A stretch of 64,000 nucleotides of DNA from an uncultured Chitinophagales bacterium (GTDB lineage: Bacteria > Bacteroidota > Rhodothermia > Balneolales > M1805): assembly GCA_964575925.1 (NCBI GenBank), contig CAZNTR010000002.1, positions 6,624-70,623 of the forward strand. The letters are read 5' to 3'. Positions 1 through 8,967 of the stretch are shown here, piece by piece; position 1 is the stretch's first letter, and every line of letters starts with the position of its first letter. The translations under genes and the position numbers were made by a program. A model generated the notes under the pieces. That model was not told the DNA's origin. It ran no database searches and was given only the letters and a program-made list of their open reading frames with translations.

Positions 1-315
1 GCTATGGTTCAGGGTCAAAACAGTGCCGTAGATTTGGGCCAAATTGAATTGGCTAAATTTATTAATCCAGGTGGATTGCGCGCACTTGGTGATAATTTAT
101 TTGAAGCAACCGATTCTTCAGGCGATCCTTTTTTAGGGCTTCCTGGCGGAGAAGGATTTGGTGGAGTTATGCAAGGATTTACTGAAAACTCAAACGTTGA
201 TATTGTAAATGAAATGGTTCGTTTAATTGTAGCTCAAAGAGCGTATGAAACCAACTCAAAAATGGTTACAACTGCTGAAGAAATGATGGGAATAACAAAC
301 AGTATCAAACGTTAA
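1..315 (+). CDS. flgG: Flagellar distal rod protein FlgG, C-terminal fragment (5' end lies outside the window)
   Basis: Frame is open to the window edge. C-terminal rod/hook signature VAQRAYETNSKMVTTAEEMMG. Followed by flgA-flgH-flgI. Confidence 0.85.
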   Translation, partial: AMVQGQNSAVDLGQIELAKFINPGGLRALGDNLFEATDSSGDPFLGLPGGEGFGGVMQGFTENSNVDIVNEMVRLIVAQRAYETNSKMVTTAEEMMGITNSIKR

Positions 316-333
316 TAGTTTTCTTTTCAAACA

Positions 334-1053
334 ATGAATACTCTGATTTTTCTTATTGGTTTATTTCTGCTACAAAGTCTGGATAATTTCCATAAAGGAA
401 AGGATGTATCTATTGATGGTGATAAAAAATCACTAATTGTTGGAAAAGTAAAAGAAATGGTTTCTTCCGTTTACACTGATGATAGCTTTCGTTTTGACAT
501 CTCATTAAAACGACTTCCATCTTCATTGGACGGAAATAATATTGTGATTAAATCAGTTCGGCCCACAAATGATGGAATCCCAAGAGGTTATACTGTTTTT
601 GATGTGAATTATGAACGGAACGGCAATGAGCGAGTGGCAAAAGTTCAATTTCTCATTCAAGTTTCACAATTGTTACCTGTTCCTTTAGCTCGTTTAGAAA
701 GTGGAACACCTCTATCAGCTGATTTATTTGCTATGCAATGGATTGATATCACAAATTTGCGTGGAATTGTTGTAGAAAATGTAAATGATGTTGATGGAAT
801 GGTTACGGCAAGTTTGCTTAAAAGTGGTTATCCAATTCGTCCAACAGATTTAACAAATCCTCCCATTATTAAAGCTGGAGAATCTGTTACAATGACCTTT
901 TCTCAAGAAGGAATTGCATTAAGTCTTCCCGTTACGTGTAGAGTTTCTGCCGCTAAAGGTGAGTTCATAAACGTTTGGTGCGATAAAACACGCAAAACAT
1001 ACAAAGTAAAAGTCATTTCTTCTCAAATTGTTGCCTGGGAACAAACATTATGA
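334..1053 (+). CDS. flgA: Flagellar P-ring assembly chaperone FlgA
   Basis: 239 aa with a hydrophobic N-terminus. Canonical position between flgG and flgH. The 4-nt ATGA overlap with the next gene suggests translational coupling. Confidence 0.65.
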   Translation: MNTLIFLIGLFLLQSLDNFHKGKDVSIDGDKKSLIVGKVKEMVSSVYTDDSFRFDISLKRLPSSLDGNNIVIKSVRPTNDGIPRGYTVFDVNYERNGNERVAKVQFLIQVSQLLPVPLARLESGTPLSADLFAMQWIDITNLRGIVVENVNDVDGMVTASLLKSGYPIRPTDLTNPPIIKAGESVTMTFSQEGIALSLPVTCRVSAAKGEFINVWCDKTRKTYKVKVISSQIVAWEQTL

Positions 1054-1655
1054 AACATTTTATTCTGCTCTTTTTGAGTGTATTTATTCTTCAGGTTCAA
1101 GTTGGATCGTCACAATTTTCTTTATATCAAGATTATAAAGCTCGGAAAATTGGGGATTTAGTAACAATCGTTTTACAAGAAAATATTACAGGTTCGTCAT
1201 CTGCCGATAACTCAAATAAATCAGGAGTAAATGGTGGTGCAACAGGTTCAGTAACTGGAAATTTAGCTCCTTTCCTTCCTTTATTTGGAGCAAACGCAGC
1301 AGTTGATTATCAATCGAATGATCGAAATGCAGCCGCACAAAGTAATTTATTAAGGGGTACGGTTAGTGCACGAATTGAAGAGATTTTACCAAATGGTGAT
1401 TTGTATTTAGTTGGAATGCGTAGTAATGAAGTAAATGGAGAGTTATACAAACTTGAAATTAAAGGCTACATCCGAACCAATGATATTGATTCCTATAATG
1501 TGGTGGCTTCATACAAAATCGCCAATGCAGAAATTGTTTATGTAAAAAAAGAGAGTTCTGAGAAATTAGCGGATAGAAGTCAGTTCTGGCAAAAGGTAAT
1601 TTGGGTCACAATAGGCATTGGACTTGGCGTTGCCGCTTATGTTGGAGTTTTTTAA
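1050..1655 (+). CDS. flgH: Flagellar L-ring protein FlgH
   Basis: FlgH-type N-terminal block DYKARKIGDLVTIVLQENITGSSSADNSNKS. 201 aa with a signal-like N-terminus, but no lipobox Cys is visible. Confidence 0.85.
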   Translation: MKHFILLFLSVFILQVQVGSSQFSLYQDYKARKIGDLVTIVLQENITGSSSADNSNKSGVNGGATGSVTGNLAPFLPLFGANAAVDYQSNDRNAAAQSNLLRGTVSARIEEILPNGDLYLVGMRSNEVNGELYKLEIKGYIRTNDIDSYNVVASYKIANAEIVYVKKESSEKLADRSQFWQKVIWVTIGIGLGVAAYVGVF

Positions 1656-1662
1656 AAGAGAA

Positions 1663-2805
1663 ATGAATATGAAAACAAAAATTTTGAGTACTTCTTTTTT
1701 ACTTGGTTCACTGTTACTTTTGGTTTCAGTGAACTCCGCTTTTTGTCAGACCAAAATTAGAGATATTACAAAAGTATTAGGTGCTAACGAGCGAACTTTA
1801 ATAGGATATGGACTTGTAACAGGATTAGACAGAACGGGTGATAGAACCATTCGAAGACAAGGTGCAGCATTTACGGTTCAATCGATAGCTAATATGCTTC
1901 AAAATTTCGGAATCAATGTTGATCCTGATATGATGAGGACTAGAAACGTGGCAGCAGTTATGGTTACGGCTAAGATTTCACCTTACAATGCCTATGGAAG
2001 TGCCGTTGATGTTACTGTTTCTTCTCTTGGAGATGCAACAAGTCTTGCAGGTGGAATTCTTTTACAAACACCATTAACTGATCCTGAAGACAAAGATTAT
2101 TATGTAAAAGCTCAAGGTTCTATCATTGTTGGTGGAATAAGCGCAGAAACCGATGGTGCAAGAGTTTCACAAAATTTGACTTTAACTGGTACTGTTCCAA
2201 ATGGCGGGCAAGTTATATCAAATTCATCTTTTCAGCTAAATAGAAGATCGCCATTAGGCCTTATTTTGGTAAATCCATCGTATGCAAACGCTGAGAAAAT
2301 TGCCAATGCTGTAAATTTGTTTGCTGATGAACCAATTGCGAAAATTCATAATGCTGGTTTAATAAATGTAACTTGGCCTGCAACTTTAACGGATGTTTCA
2401 GATTTAAACCGATTTGTAAGTCAGATTTTTGAGCTTCGAATTGATATGGAAGTTCCTGCACGCGTTGTAATTAACGAAAGAACTGGAACAATTGTAGCTG
2501 GTGGAGATGTCAGAATTGGTGAAGTCTTAGTTAGCCATGGCAATATTCGCATTGCAACGCAGCAAACGCCGTTTGTTTCTCAGCCATCCCCCTTAAGTAT
2601 TGGTGGAAATACGGTATCAGGATCTGTTGGTGGAGCACAAATAACAGAAGGCCCTAGTAACACGTTTGTTCTTGAACCCAATACAAATGTTACTTCGTTG
2701 GCAGCTGCTTTAAATGCAGTTGGTTTATCACCAAGAGATATTATCGCCATATTTCAGGCAATTCATCAAGCTGGCGCTTTAAAGGGCGAATTAGTGATTA
2801 TGTAA
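1663..2805 (+). CDS. flgI: Flagellar P-ring protein FlgI
   Basis: Conserved IRDITKV...LIGYGLVTGLDRTGD and C-terminal RDIIAIFQAIHQAGALKGELVIM. I place the start at ATG 1663, just after the flgH stop, rather than the track start 1618, which lies inside flgH. Confidence 0.9.
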   Translation: MNMKTKILSTSFLLGSLLLLVSVNSAFCQTKIRDITKVLGANERTLIGYGLVTGLDRTGDRTIRRQGAAFTVQSIANMLQNFGINVDPDMMRTRNVAAVMVTAKISPYNAYGSAVDVTVSSLGDATSLAGGILLQTPLTDPEDKDYYVKAQGSIIVGGISAETDGARVSQNLTLTGTVPNGGQVISNSSFQLNRRSPLGLILVNPSYANAEKIANAVNLFADEPIAKIHNAGLINVTWPATLTDVSDLNRFVSQIFELRIDMEVPARVVINERTGTIVAGGDVRIGEVLVSHGNIRIATQQTPFVSQPSPLSIGGNTVSGSVGGAQITEGPSNTFVLEPNTNVTSLAAALNAVGLSPRDIIAIFQAIHQAGALKGELVIM

Positions 2806-2851
2806 TCGATTTTTTCTCAATAAATGCGAAAGAAAGAGAGTAAGAAAAAGT

Positions 2852-3148
2852 ATGGAAATTAAACCGTTAAGAGGAAACTTTAATCTCGCTGAGGCTAAAC
2901 TAGATAAGCTTGAGAAAAAAAAGCAAGACACAGCTATGGAATTTGAACGTATGTTTGCACGACATTTGGTTGAGGAAATGACTAAAGGTAGCTTCAAAAT
3001 GTCCGATAATGCGATAGGTGCAAGTTCATTCGCAATGTACCGTGAACATATCACTGAAACATTAGCAAATGAAATTGCAAGCCAAAAAACACTCGGAATG
3101 GCCGATTTGGTAATGAAACATTGGAAAATTAAAACGGAAGAAAGCTAA
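2852..3148 (+). CDS. Rod-binding protein (FlgJ N-terminal domain only, no muramidase domain)
   Basis: 98 aa. FERMFARHLVEEMTKG matches the FlgJ rod-binding domain pattern. Sits directly after flgI. Confidence 0.7.
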   Translation: MEIKPLRGNFNLAEAKLDKLEKKKQDTAMEFERMFARHLVEEMTKGSFKMSDNAIGASSFAMYREHITETLANEIASQKTLGMADLVMKHWKIKTEES

Positions 3149-3159
3149 AAGGTCTTTAA

Positions 3160-3666
3160 ATGGCAATTATTTATAATATGCCCGTAATCAAAGATTTATT
3201 AAAAAATCTTACGGATCATTTTGAAACAGCCTCAGAATTACTTTCTACACAAATTCAATGTGTTGTTAAACATCGCTTAGAAGAACTTCAAGAAGCAATT
3301 GAACAACAAAATGCGGTTAATTCGACTATAAACGCATTAGAAGATGAATTAAGACAAGCCTTAATTTTAAGTTTTAATTCTATTAAAGTTAAAACGAAGT
3401 CCTACACATTACCGAATTTGATGCCTTATTGTGATCCGTCAGATCATGAATTAACAGATTTGCGCGATGGTTTAAAAGCAGCGATTCAGAAAACTCAGAC
3501 AAAACAAGTACATTTACTTCAATTGTTGCAGTTTGCTCAAGACCACGTAGCTGACACAATGAGAGCAATTTTTCAACTCTCTGATGGTCATTCAACTCAC
3601 TATAAATCCACAGGAAAAAAAGCAACATCAAATGTAGCTTCAAAATTGATTAATCAAACCGTTTAA
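3160..3666 (+). CDS. FlgN-like flagellar export chaperone (putative)
   Basis: 168 aa, helical, rich in L/E/Q. Immediately upstream of flgK-flgL, the usual FlgN position. Assignment rests on context and composition only. Confidence 0.45.
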   Translation: MAIIYNMPVIKDLLKNLTDHFETASELLSTQIQCVVKHRLEELQEAIEQQNAVNSTINALEDELRQALILSFNSIKVKTKSYTLPNLMPYCDPSDHELTDLRDGLKAAIQKTQTKQVHLLQLLQFAQDHVADTMRAIFQLSDGHSTHYKSTGKKATSNVASKLINQTV

Positions 3667-3683
3667 CGAAAGAACAATCAGCA

Positions 3684-5042
3684 ATGCGCGAATTACTCGA
3701 AATCGGAAAACGTGGCATGTTTGCCAATCAGAAATCACTTGAAGTGGTAGGGCAAAATGTTGCTAATGCAAATACTCCCGGTTACTCGCGTCAACGTGTT
3801 GAGCTAGAAGCAATTGAATTTAGAAAAGGTGGTCTCTCTGTTGGCTTGGGAGTAAACGTTGAAACAGTTAAGCAACTTCGTGATACTCTTGTAGAAACTC
3901 AGATACAATCAAAAGAAGGGGATTTGGGCGGATATAATGAACAAATTAAATTGTACGAACAACTAGAAGTTCTTTTTGCAACGGGTTCTGACAACGATTT
4001 AGATAAACTCATAACCAAATTCTTCAATTCCTTTTCAGAATTGTCGAATAATCCTGAGAGTTTGGCTTTAAGGGAAAGTGTAGTGTTTTCAGCACAAAAC
4101 ATGACTTCACGATTTAATGAAATTTCAGCCAATTTAGATGCAATAAAAGATTCCCTTTCAAAAGAATCTACTACATTAGTTGGTGAAGTGAATCGATTAA
4201 CATCGGATATTGCAAAATTAAACGTTCAAATTGCAAATGTATCAGGAACAGGACAAGCAGATAATAAAGCGCTCGATTTACGAGCTATGCGTCTAAATGA
4301 GCTTTCTAAACTTGTAGCTATTAATACGATTTATAGTAATAATGGATCAGTAGAAGTTCGAATCGGTAATTTAGTGGTTGTTCAGCACGACAGAGTATTT
4401 AATGTTGAGCCTGAAATTGATAGCACAAATAACGCTCTTCGACTTCGTTTAAATAATGGTAGGACCCTAAAGAATGTTGGCGGTAAATTAGGTGCAATGA
4501 TTGATTCTTATGAAACAACTTTACCGGGTTTCAAAACAAAAGTAGATACATTAGCGTCAAATTTAGTATCTAAAGTAAATCAGGTACATGTTAATGGGTT
4601 CAACTTAAATGATACCACAGGAATTGAGTTTTTTAATCCAAGTGGAACAACAGCTTCAACAATTGCTTTAAATTCACAAATCGTTGATAGTGTAAGTTTA
4701 ATTGCTGCTTCTGATACTTCCGGTGCACTGGGTAACAATACCGCTGCAAGACAAATATTTACTTTGCTAGATAGTTCAAGTGCAGTTGGCGATAAGTCGT
4801 TTATAGAATATAGTCTAAGTATAGCTGCTGAAACAGGATTTACGATAAGCTCATTACGAACACAAGTAGAATCGGTTAGTTCATCCAAATTGATGCTAGA
4901 GAATCAAAAACTTGATGCCTCAGGCGTAAATATGGACGAAGAACTGGCAAATATGATTAAGTTTCAAAATGCTTATCAGGCTTCTGCTAGAGTAATTGCT
5001 TCAGTGCAAGTTATGTATGATACCGTTTTGAGCTTGGTTTGA
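3684..5042 (+). CDS. flgK: Flagellar hook-associated protein 1 FlgK
   Basis: N-terminal GMFANQKSLEVVGQNVANANTPGYSRQRVEL and C-terminal SGVNMDEELANMIKFQNAYQASARVI signatures. Confidence 0.9.
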   Translation: MRELLEIGKRGMFANQKSLEVVGQNVANANTPGYSRQRVELEAIEFRKGGLSVGLGVNVETVKQLRDTLVETQIQSKEGDLGGYNEQIKLYEQLEVLFATGSDNDLDKLITKFFNSFSELSNNPESLALRESVVFSAQNMTSRFNEISANLDAIKDSLSKESTTLVGEVNRLTSDIAKLNVQIANVSGTGQADNKALDLRAMRLNELSKLVAINTIYSNNGSVEVRIGNLVVVQHDRVFNVEPEIDSTNNALRLRLNNGRTLKNVGGKLGAMIDSYETTLPGFKTKVDTLASNLVSKVNQVHVNGFNLNDTTGIEFFNPSGTTASTIALNSQIVDSVSLIAASDTSGALGNNTAARQIFTLLDSSSAVGDKSFIEYSLSIAAETGFTISSLRTQVESVSSSKLMLENQKLDASGVNMDEELANMIKFQNAYQASARVIASVQVMYDTVLSLV

Positions 5043-5075
5043 CAGAATGGAATTCAGAGGAAATAAGGTAAAAAA

Positions 5076-5963
5076 ATGAGAATTACTACAAATGGAATGC
5101 TTGAATCTATGTTAACGGAGTTAAACCGTAACAGAAGCAAGTATGCTGAATTAACCACTCAAATTGCAACTGCCAAACGAGTTAACAAACCATCTGACGA
5201 TGCAATCGCATTTTCAAATGGAGAAGAAAAAAAGACGGTAATTCAAAGAAATGAGCAATTTCAGTCCAATTTGGCTAGTGGAATAGAACAAGCACAAGTC
5301 GCCGATGAAACGATTGGCCGAATGTTAGATGAATTATATCAGCTAAAAACACTAGCAACAAAAGGAGCGAATGGCGCCGCTTTAACAGATGGCGACATGG
5401 AAATTCTAGGCGAAAACGTTGCTGCAATTAGAACGAAATTAACAGAATATGGCAATACTCAGTTAAATGGACGCTATATTTTTGGTGGAACACGCACACA
5501 AACTCCACCGTTCGAGGAGCAGGCTGGTTCTGTAGTGTATAATGGGAATTCACAAAATTTAGTAATTACTGCGAGTCAGAGTAATACCGTTAATGTGGGT
5601 GTTAATGGTGATGCTCTATTTAATTATAATGGGGAAAGTGTATTCGACATGGTAAATCGCATCGAAACCGCTCTTAATAATCATGATGCACAAGCAGTTA
5701 ATGCTGAATTAGAAAATATCAATTTATCGGTTGAATATTTAGGTCGTATGGGTGGACGTATAGGAAACGCTATAAATCAAATGCAATTTGCATTTGAACA
5801 GTTTGAATCAGTAAATATTAATTTGAATTCACAAGTAAGCAGATTATTAGACACCGATTTTGCAGAAGCTGCGACTAAACTTCAAGCATTAGATACGGCT
5901 TATCAGGCCGCTTTAAGTCTAACTTCGCGAATGTCTCAATTATCATTGCTCAATTATATTTAA
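5076..5963 (+). CDS. flgL: Flagellar hook-associated protein 3 FlgL
   Basis: Flagellin-like N-terminus (MRITTN...) and C-terminus (DTDFAEAATKLQALDTAYQAALSLTSRMSQLSLLNYI). Follows flgK. Confidence 0.85.
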   Translation: MRITTNGMLESMLTELNRNRSKYAELTTQIATAKRVNKPSDDAIAFSNGEEKKTVIQRNEQFQSNLASGIEQAQVADETIGRMLDELYQLKTLATKGANGAALTDGDMEILGENVAAIRTKLTEYGNTQLNGRYIFGGTRTQTPPFEEQAGSVVYNGNSQNLVITASQSNTVNVGVNGDALFNYNGESVFDMVNRIETALNNHDAQAVNAELENINLSVEYLGRMGGRIGNAINQMQFAFEQFESVNINLNSQVSRLLDTDFAEAATKLQALDTAYQAALSLTSRMSQLSLLNYI

Positions 5964-6012
5964 CAGATTTCTAGTACATTGGGCTTATCAGAAGGAAATT
6001 AACTTAATAAAC

Positions 6013-6447
6013 ATGGCTTTAACACAAGAAATGCTATCTATTCAATCAAAATTATTTGGCTCATTTGATGTTGATGAACGAACAGTAATGAAATTTTCAG
6101 AGGGGATTCCTGGCTTAGAAACAATAAAGGATTATGCCATGGTTACTTTTGAGGAATACGCACCAATTGTATGGATGATTTCAACAGATGGGGTGTATCA
6201 TTTTCCTTTAGTGTTGTATAAAACAATAGATTTTAATGATTTTGATAGAGAATCGCAGCAATTTTATAAAATTCAGTTAGATAAGTATTTAGCAAAAAAT
6301 GAGAACAAGAATGCCTATATCATTCTCAAACTAGATAGTTCTGTTCAAACTGTAAGTTTACGATCTCCAATAGTTATAGACCCGGTAAAACAAACAGGAA
6401 AACAACTAATTTTGGAATCAATTTCTCAGGAAAGTGGAGATTTCTAA
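6013..6447 (+). CDS. fliW: Flagellar assembly factor FliW
   Basis: 144 aa. FSEGIPGLE and ILKLD...VSLRSPIVID pattern. Directly upstream of csrA in the flgK-flgL-fliW-csrA order known from Bacillus. Confidence 0.8.
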   Translation: MALTQEMLSIQSKLFGSFDVDERTVMKFSEGIPGLETIKDYAMVTFEEYAPIVWMISTDGVYHFPLVLYKTIDFNDFDRESQQFYKIQLDKYLAKNENKNAYIILKLDSSVQTVSLRSPIVIDPVKQTGKQLILESISQESGDF

Positions 6448-6702
6448 ATGTTGGTCTTGTCACGTAAGGAGAATGAAAAAATCCGAATTGGGTCTGATAT
6501 AACGATAACTATATATGAAGTTAAAGGTAATCAAGTAAAAATTGGAATTGATGCCCCTAAAGAAATTGGCATTTTGAGGGGTGAATTATATGAGCAAGTT
6601 AAACAATCGAATCAGAATAGTCTTCTATCTGAAAAGCCTGAACTTGGTCAGATTCCATTATTCATAAAAATGAAAAATAAAGTTGATAAAACAGATGGAT
6701 GA
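6448..6702 (+). CDS. csrA: Carbon storage/translational regulator CsrA (long C-terminal tail type)
   Basis: [51 protein letters not shown] is an unmistakable CsrA core. The ATG abuts the fliW stop (TAAATG). Confidence 0.95.
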   Translation: MLVLSRKENEKIRIGSDITITIYEVKGNQVKIGIDAPKEIGILRGELYEQVKQSNQNSLLSEKPELGQIPLFIKMKNKVDKTDG

Positions 6703-7210
6703 AAAGCTACTCGAATCAGGATTAAAAGCGTTAGAGTCACATGATTATTCCAATGCACTTAATATAGCCATAGAAATTCAAACGAAATTCCCAAGTGAAT
6801 CAGAAGGGTATCATCTAGAGGGATTAACTTATCAAAGTGAGCAAAAATGGATAGAGTCGGTTCACTCATTTTCAAAGGCATTAGGAGAGTCTCCGTACGA
6901 TCCGAATTTATACAATTTTAGAGGATTTGCTTATCTGAATATGGGCGAAATGAGTATGGCGGAAAGAGATTTTAAAGAAGCCATTGAATTAGAAGATTTT
7001 GAGCCTGCACATAGAAATTATGTATTGTGGTTAATTGTAAACGACAGAATTGACGAAGGAATTGAATATCTAACGAATAGAATTCAAACCAAACAAGAAG
7101 ATGCTGATAATTTCTTAATGATGGGAGATTTGCTATCTAGAGCAGGTTATACAGAAAATGCAGCAACCTATTATACTAAAGCGGAAGAAATAGCTAGCAA
7201 AAAAAATTAA
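6683..7210 (+). CDS. TPR-repeat protein
   Basis: 175 aa with repeated A..Y/F..G..A-type helical repeats ([27 protein letters not shown]). Overlaps the csrA 3' end by 20 nt. Confidence 0.6.
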   Translation: MIKQMDEKLLESGLKALESHDYSNALNIAIEIQTKFPSESEGYHLEGLTYQSEQKWIESVHSFSKALGESPYDPNLYNFRGFAYLNMGEMSMAERDFKEAIELEDFEPAHRNYVLWLIVNDRIDEGIEYLTNRIQTKQEDADNFLMMGDLLSRAGYTENAATYYTKAEEIASKKN

Positions 7211-7237
7211 CAACACGTTCTGGTAAAAATCAAATTC

Positions 7238-8467
7238 ATGCTTCAAAAATTACCTATTTCAGTTTGTTTAATCGTAAAAAATGAAGAAGCGTATCTTGAT
7301 GCTTGTTTAAAATCAGTAAAAGATTGGGTAAATGAAATTATTGTTGTTGATACGGGTTCAACAGATAGCACAGTTGAAATTGCCAAAGAAAATGGAGCTA
7401 AAATAAGCTATTTTGAATGGATTGGAGATTTTGCAGCGGCAAGAAATGAGTCATTATCTTTAGCAACAAATCCATTTATTTTGCAACTAGATGCTGATGA
7501 AGAAATTATACCTAGTTCTATAGATTGGTTTAAAAGCGAATATCCGTATAAAGAATATGATGGATACTACTCTATATTACATAATCTCAGAGATGCCTCA
7601 TCAGAGGAAATACTAGTTAGTCACAGATTGATACGATTTTTTAGAAATCATCCAGAAATTAGATTTAAGAATAAAATTCATGAAAATATTATGATCCAAA
7701 GCGGCAGAACGACTACAAGTAAAATCGAAATTCTGCATAAAGGATATGGCAAAGAAATAAACACATCTACAAAAACAAAAAGAAATATGGATTTACTCTT
7801 AGCCAATTTAAAAGAGAATCCTCACGACCCTTATACCCATTATTATTTATCTCAAAGTTATTCAGCATTAGGAAGAACAGCTGATGCCTATAAAGCCTGT
7901 GTTAAATCCTTAAAACTGGGAATCAGTTTTCCAGTAAGAAGTCATGTTTACCGTGTAATTTTTATGTACTTGGCAAATACTAAAAAAGTAGATGAATTCG
8001 AAAGGATGGAAAAAACACTAGTAAATCACAAATACTTCCCAGAAATAATCTTTTATAAAGCTCTTCTATTTTATAAATTAGGACACATAGAGCAAGCAAG
8101 CATAATTTTTCACGAGTTTATTGATATGGCTAATAAACCTGAAGAAAATAAAAAAATAGGAGATGAAAATTACATACTGCTTACCAATTACGTGATGGCT
8201 CTATCCAATTTAGCAATGATTGAGCATGCTAAAAATAATATTAATCTCTCCCTTGAGTATTTGTATAAGGCATTGAACTTAAGCCCAATGTCAACTTTTT
8301 TGTACAGCATGATAGCTAGAAGTGAAGTAATTAGAAATAATAAACAAAAAGCTATTGAAATTTTGGAAAACGCCATTACTATATTTGATAAACAATTAAT
8401 GAACCTACAACAGAAAGACTTGATTAGTGAATATCAACGAATGATTAAAAAAATTCGAGAATCTTGA
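7238..8467 (+). CDS. Family-2 glycosyltransferase fused to C-terminal TPR repeats
   Basis: N-terminal ISVCLIVKNEEAYLDACLKSV...IIVVDTGSTDSTVEIA...LQLDADEE (GT2 fold with a DxD-like DADE). C-terminal half is TPR-like (HYYLSQSYSALGRTADAYKA...). Confidence 0.75.
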   Translation: MLQKLPISVCLIVKNEEAYLDACLKSVKDWVNEIIVVDTGSTDSTVEIAKENGAKISYFEWIGDFAAARNESLSLATNPFILQLDADEEIIPSSIDWFKSEYPYKEYDGYYSILHNLRDASSEEILVSHRLIRFFRNHPEIRFKNKIHENIMIQSGRTTTSKIEILHKGYGKEINTSTKTKRNMDLLLANLKENPHDPYTHYYLSQSYSALGRTADAYKACVKSLKLGISFPVRSHVYRVIFMYLANTKKVDEFERMEKTLVNHKYFPEIIFYKALLFYKLGHIEQASIIFHEFIDMANKPEENKKIGDENYILLTNYVMALSNLAMIEHAKNNINLSLEYLYKALNLSPMSTFLYSMIARSEVIRNNKQKAIEILENAITIFDKQLMNLQQKDLISEYQRMIKKIRES

Positions 8468-8584
8468 TAATTATTTTTGAATTTATTGAACTATTTCCGT
8501 TATTTACTGTTCTAATTCCCTGCAGATAGCTAAATTACGTCGAATTTGTTTCGGCAGACTAACAAACATGGGCAAATTAAACTT

Positions 8585-8956
8585 ATGAGTGATCTTTTTA
8601 TATTAATAGTAGATGATTCTCCTACAATGAGAAGAATTATTAAAAACACCCTTGAACGACTCGGGCATCGAGAGTCTGTTGAAGCGAGCAACGGAAAAGA
8701 AGCTCTTCAGCAATTAGAAGAGCATCCAATAAATTTTATTATAACAGATTGGAATATGCCTGAAATGAATGGTCTTGAGTTTGTTACAGAACTGAGAACA
8801 ACGCCAGAATATGCGAAAATACCAGTTCTTATGATTACAACTAGAGGAATGAAAGATGATGTATTACAAGCTGTTCAAGCAGGTGTAAACAACTACGTTG
8901 TTAAGCCATTTACACCAGAAACACTCGAACAAAAAATGAATAAACTTCTTGCTTAA
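8585..8956 (+). CDS. cheY: Chemotaxis response regulator CheY
   Basis: Single REC domain: ILIVDDSPTMRRI, ITDWNMPEMNGLE, VVKPF. I prefer ATG 8585 to the TTG at 8546. Confidence 0.9.
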   Translation: MSDLFILIVDDSPTMRRIIKNTLERLGHRESVEASNGKEALQQLEEHPINFIITDWNMPEMNGLEFVTELRTTPEYAKIPVLMITTRGMKDDVLQAVQAGVNNYVVKPFTPETLEQKMNKLLA

Positions 8957-8967
8957 GCTATTGCTAT

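Noticed and set aside
1618-1662. Upstream extensions of flgI (1618), cheY (TTG 8546) and ferredoxin (TTG 50306)
   Set aside because: The flgI extension overlaps the flgH coding end. In all three cases the extensions precede the conserved N-termini, and internal ATGs (1663, 8585, 50363) give canonical protein starts.
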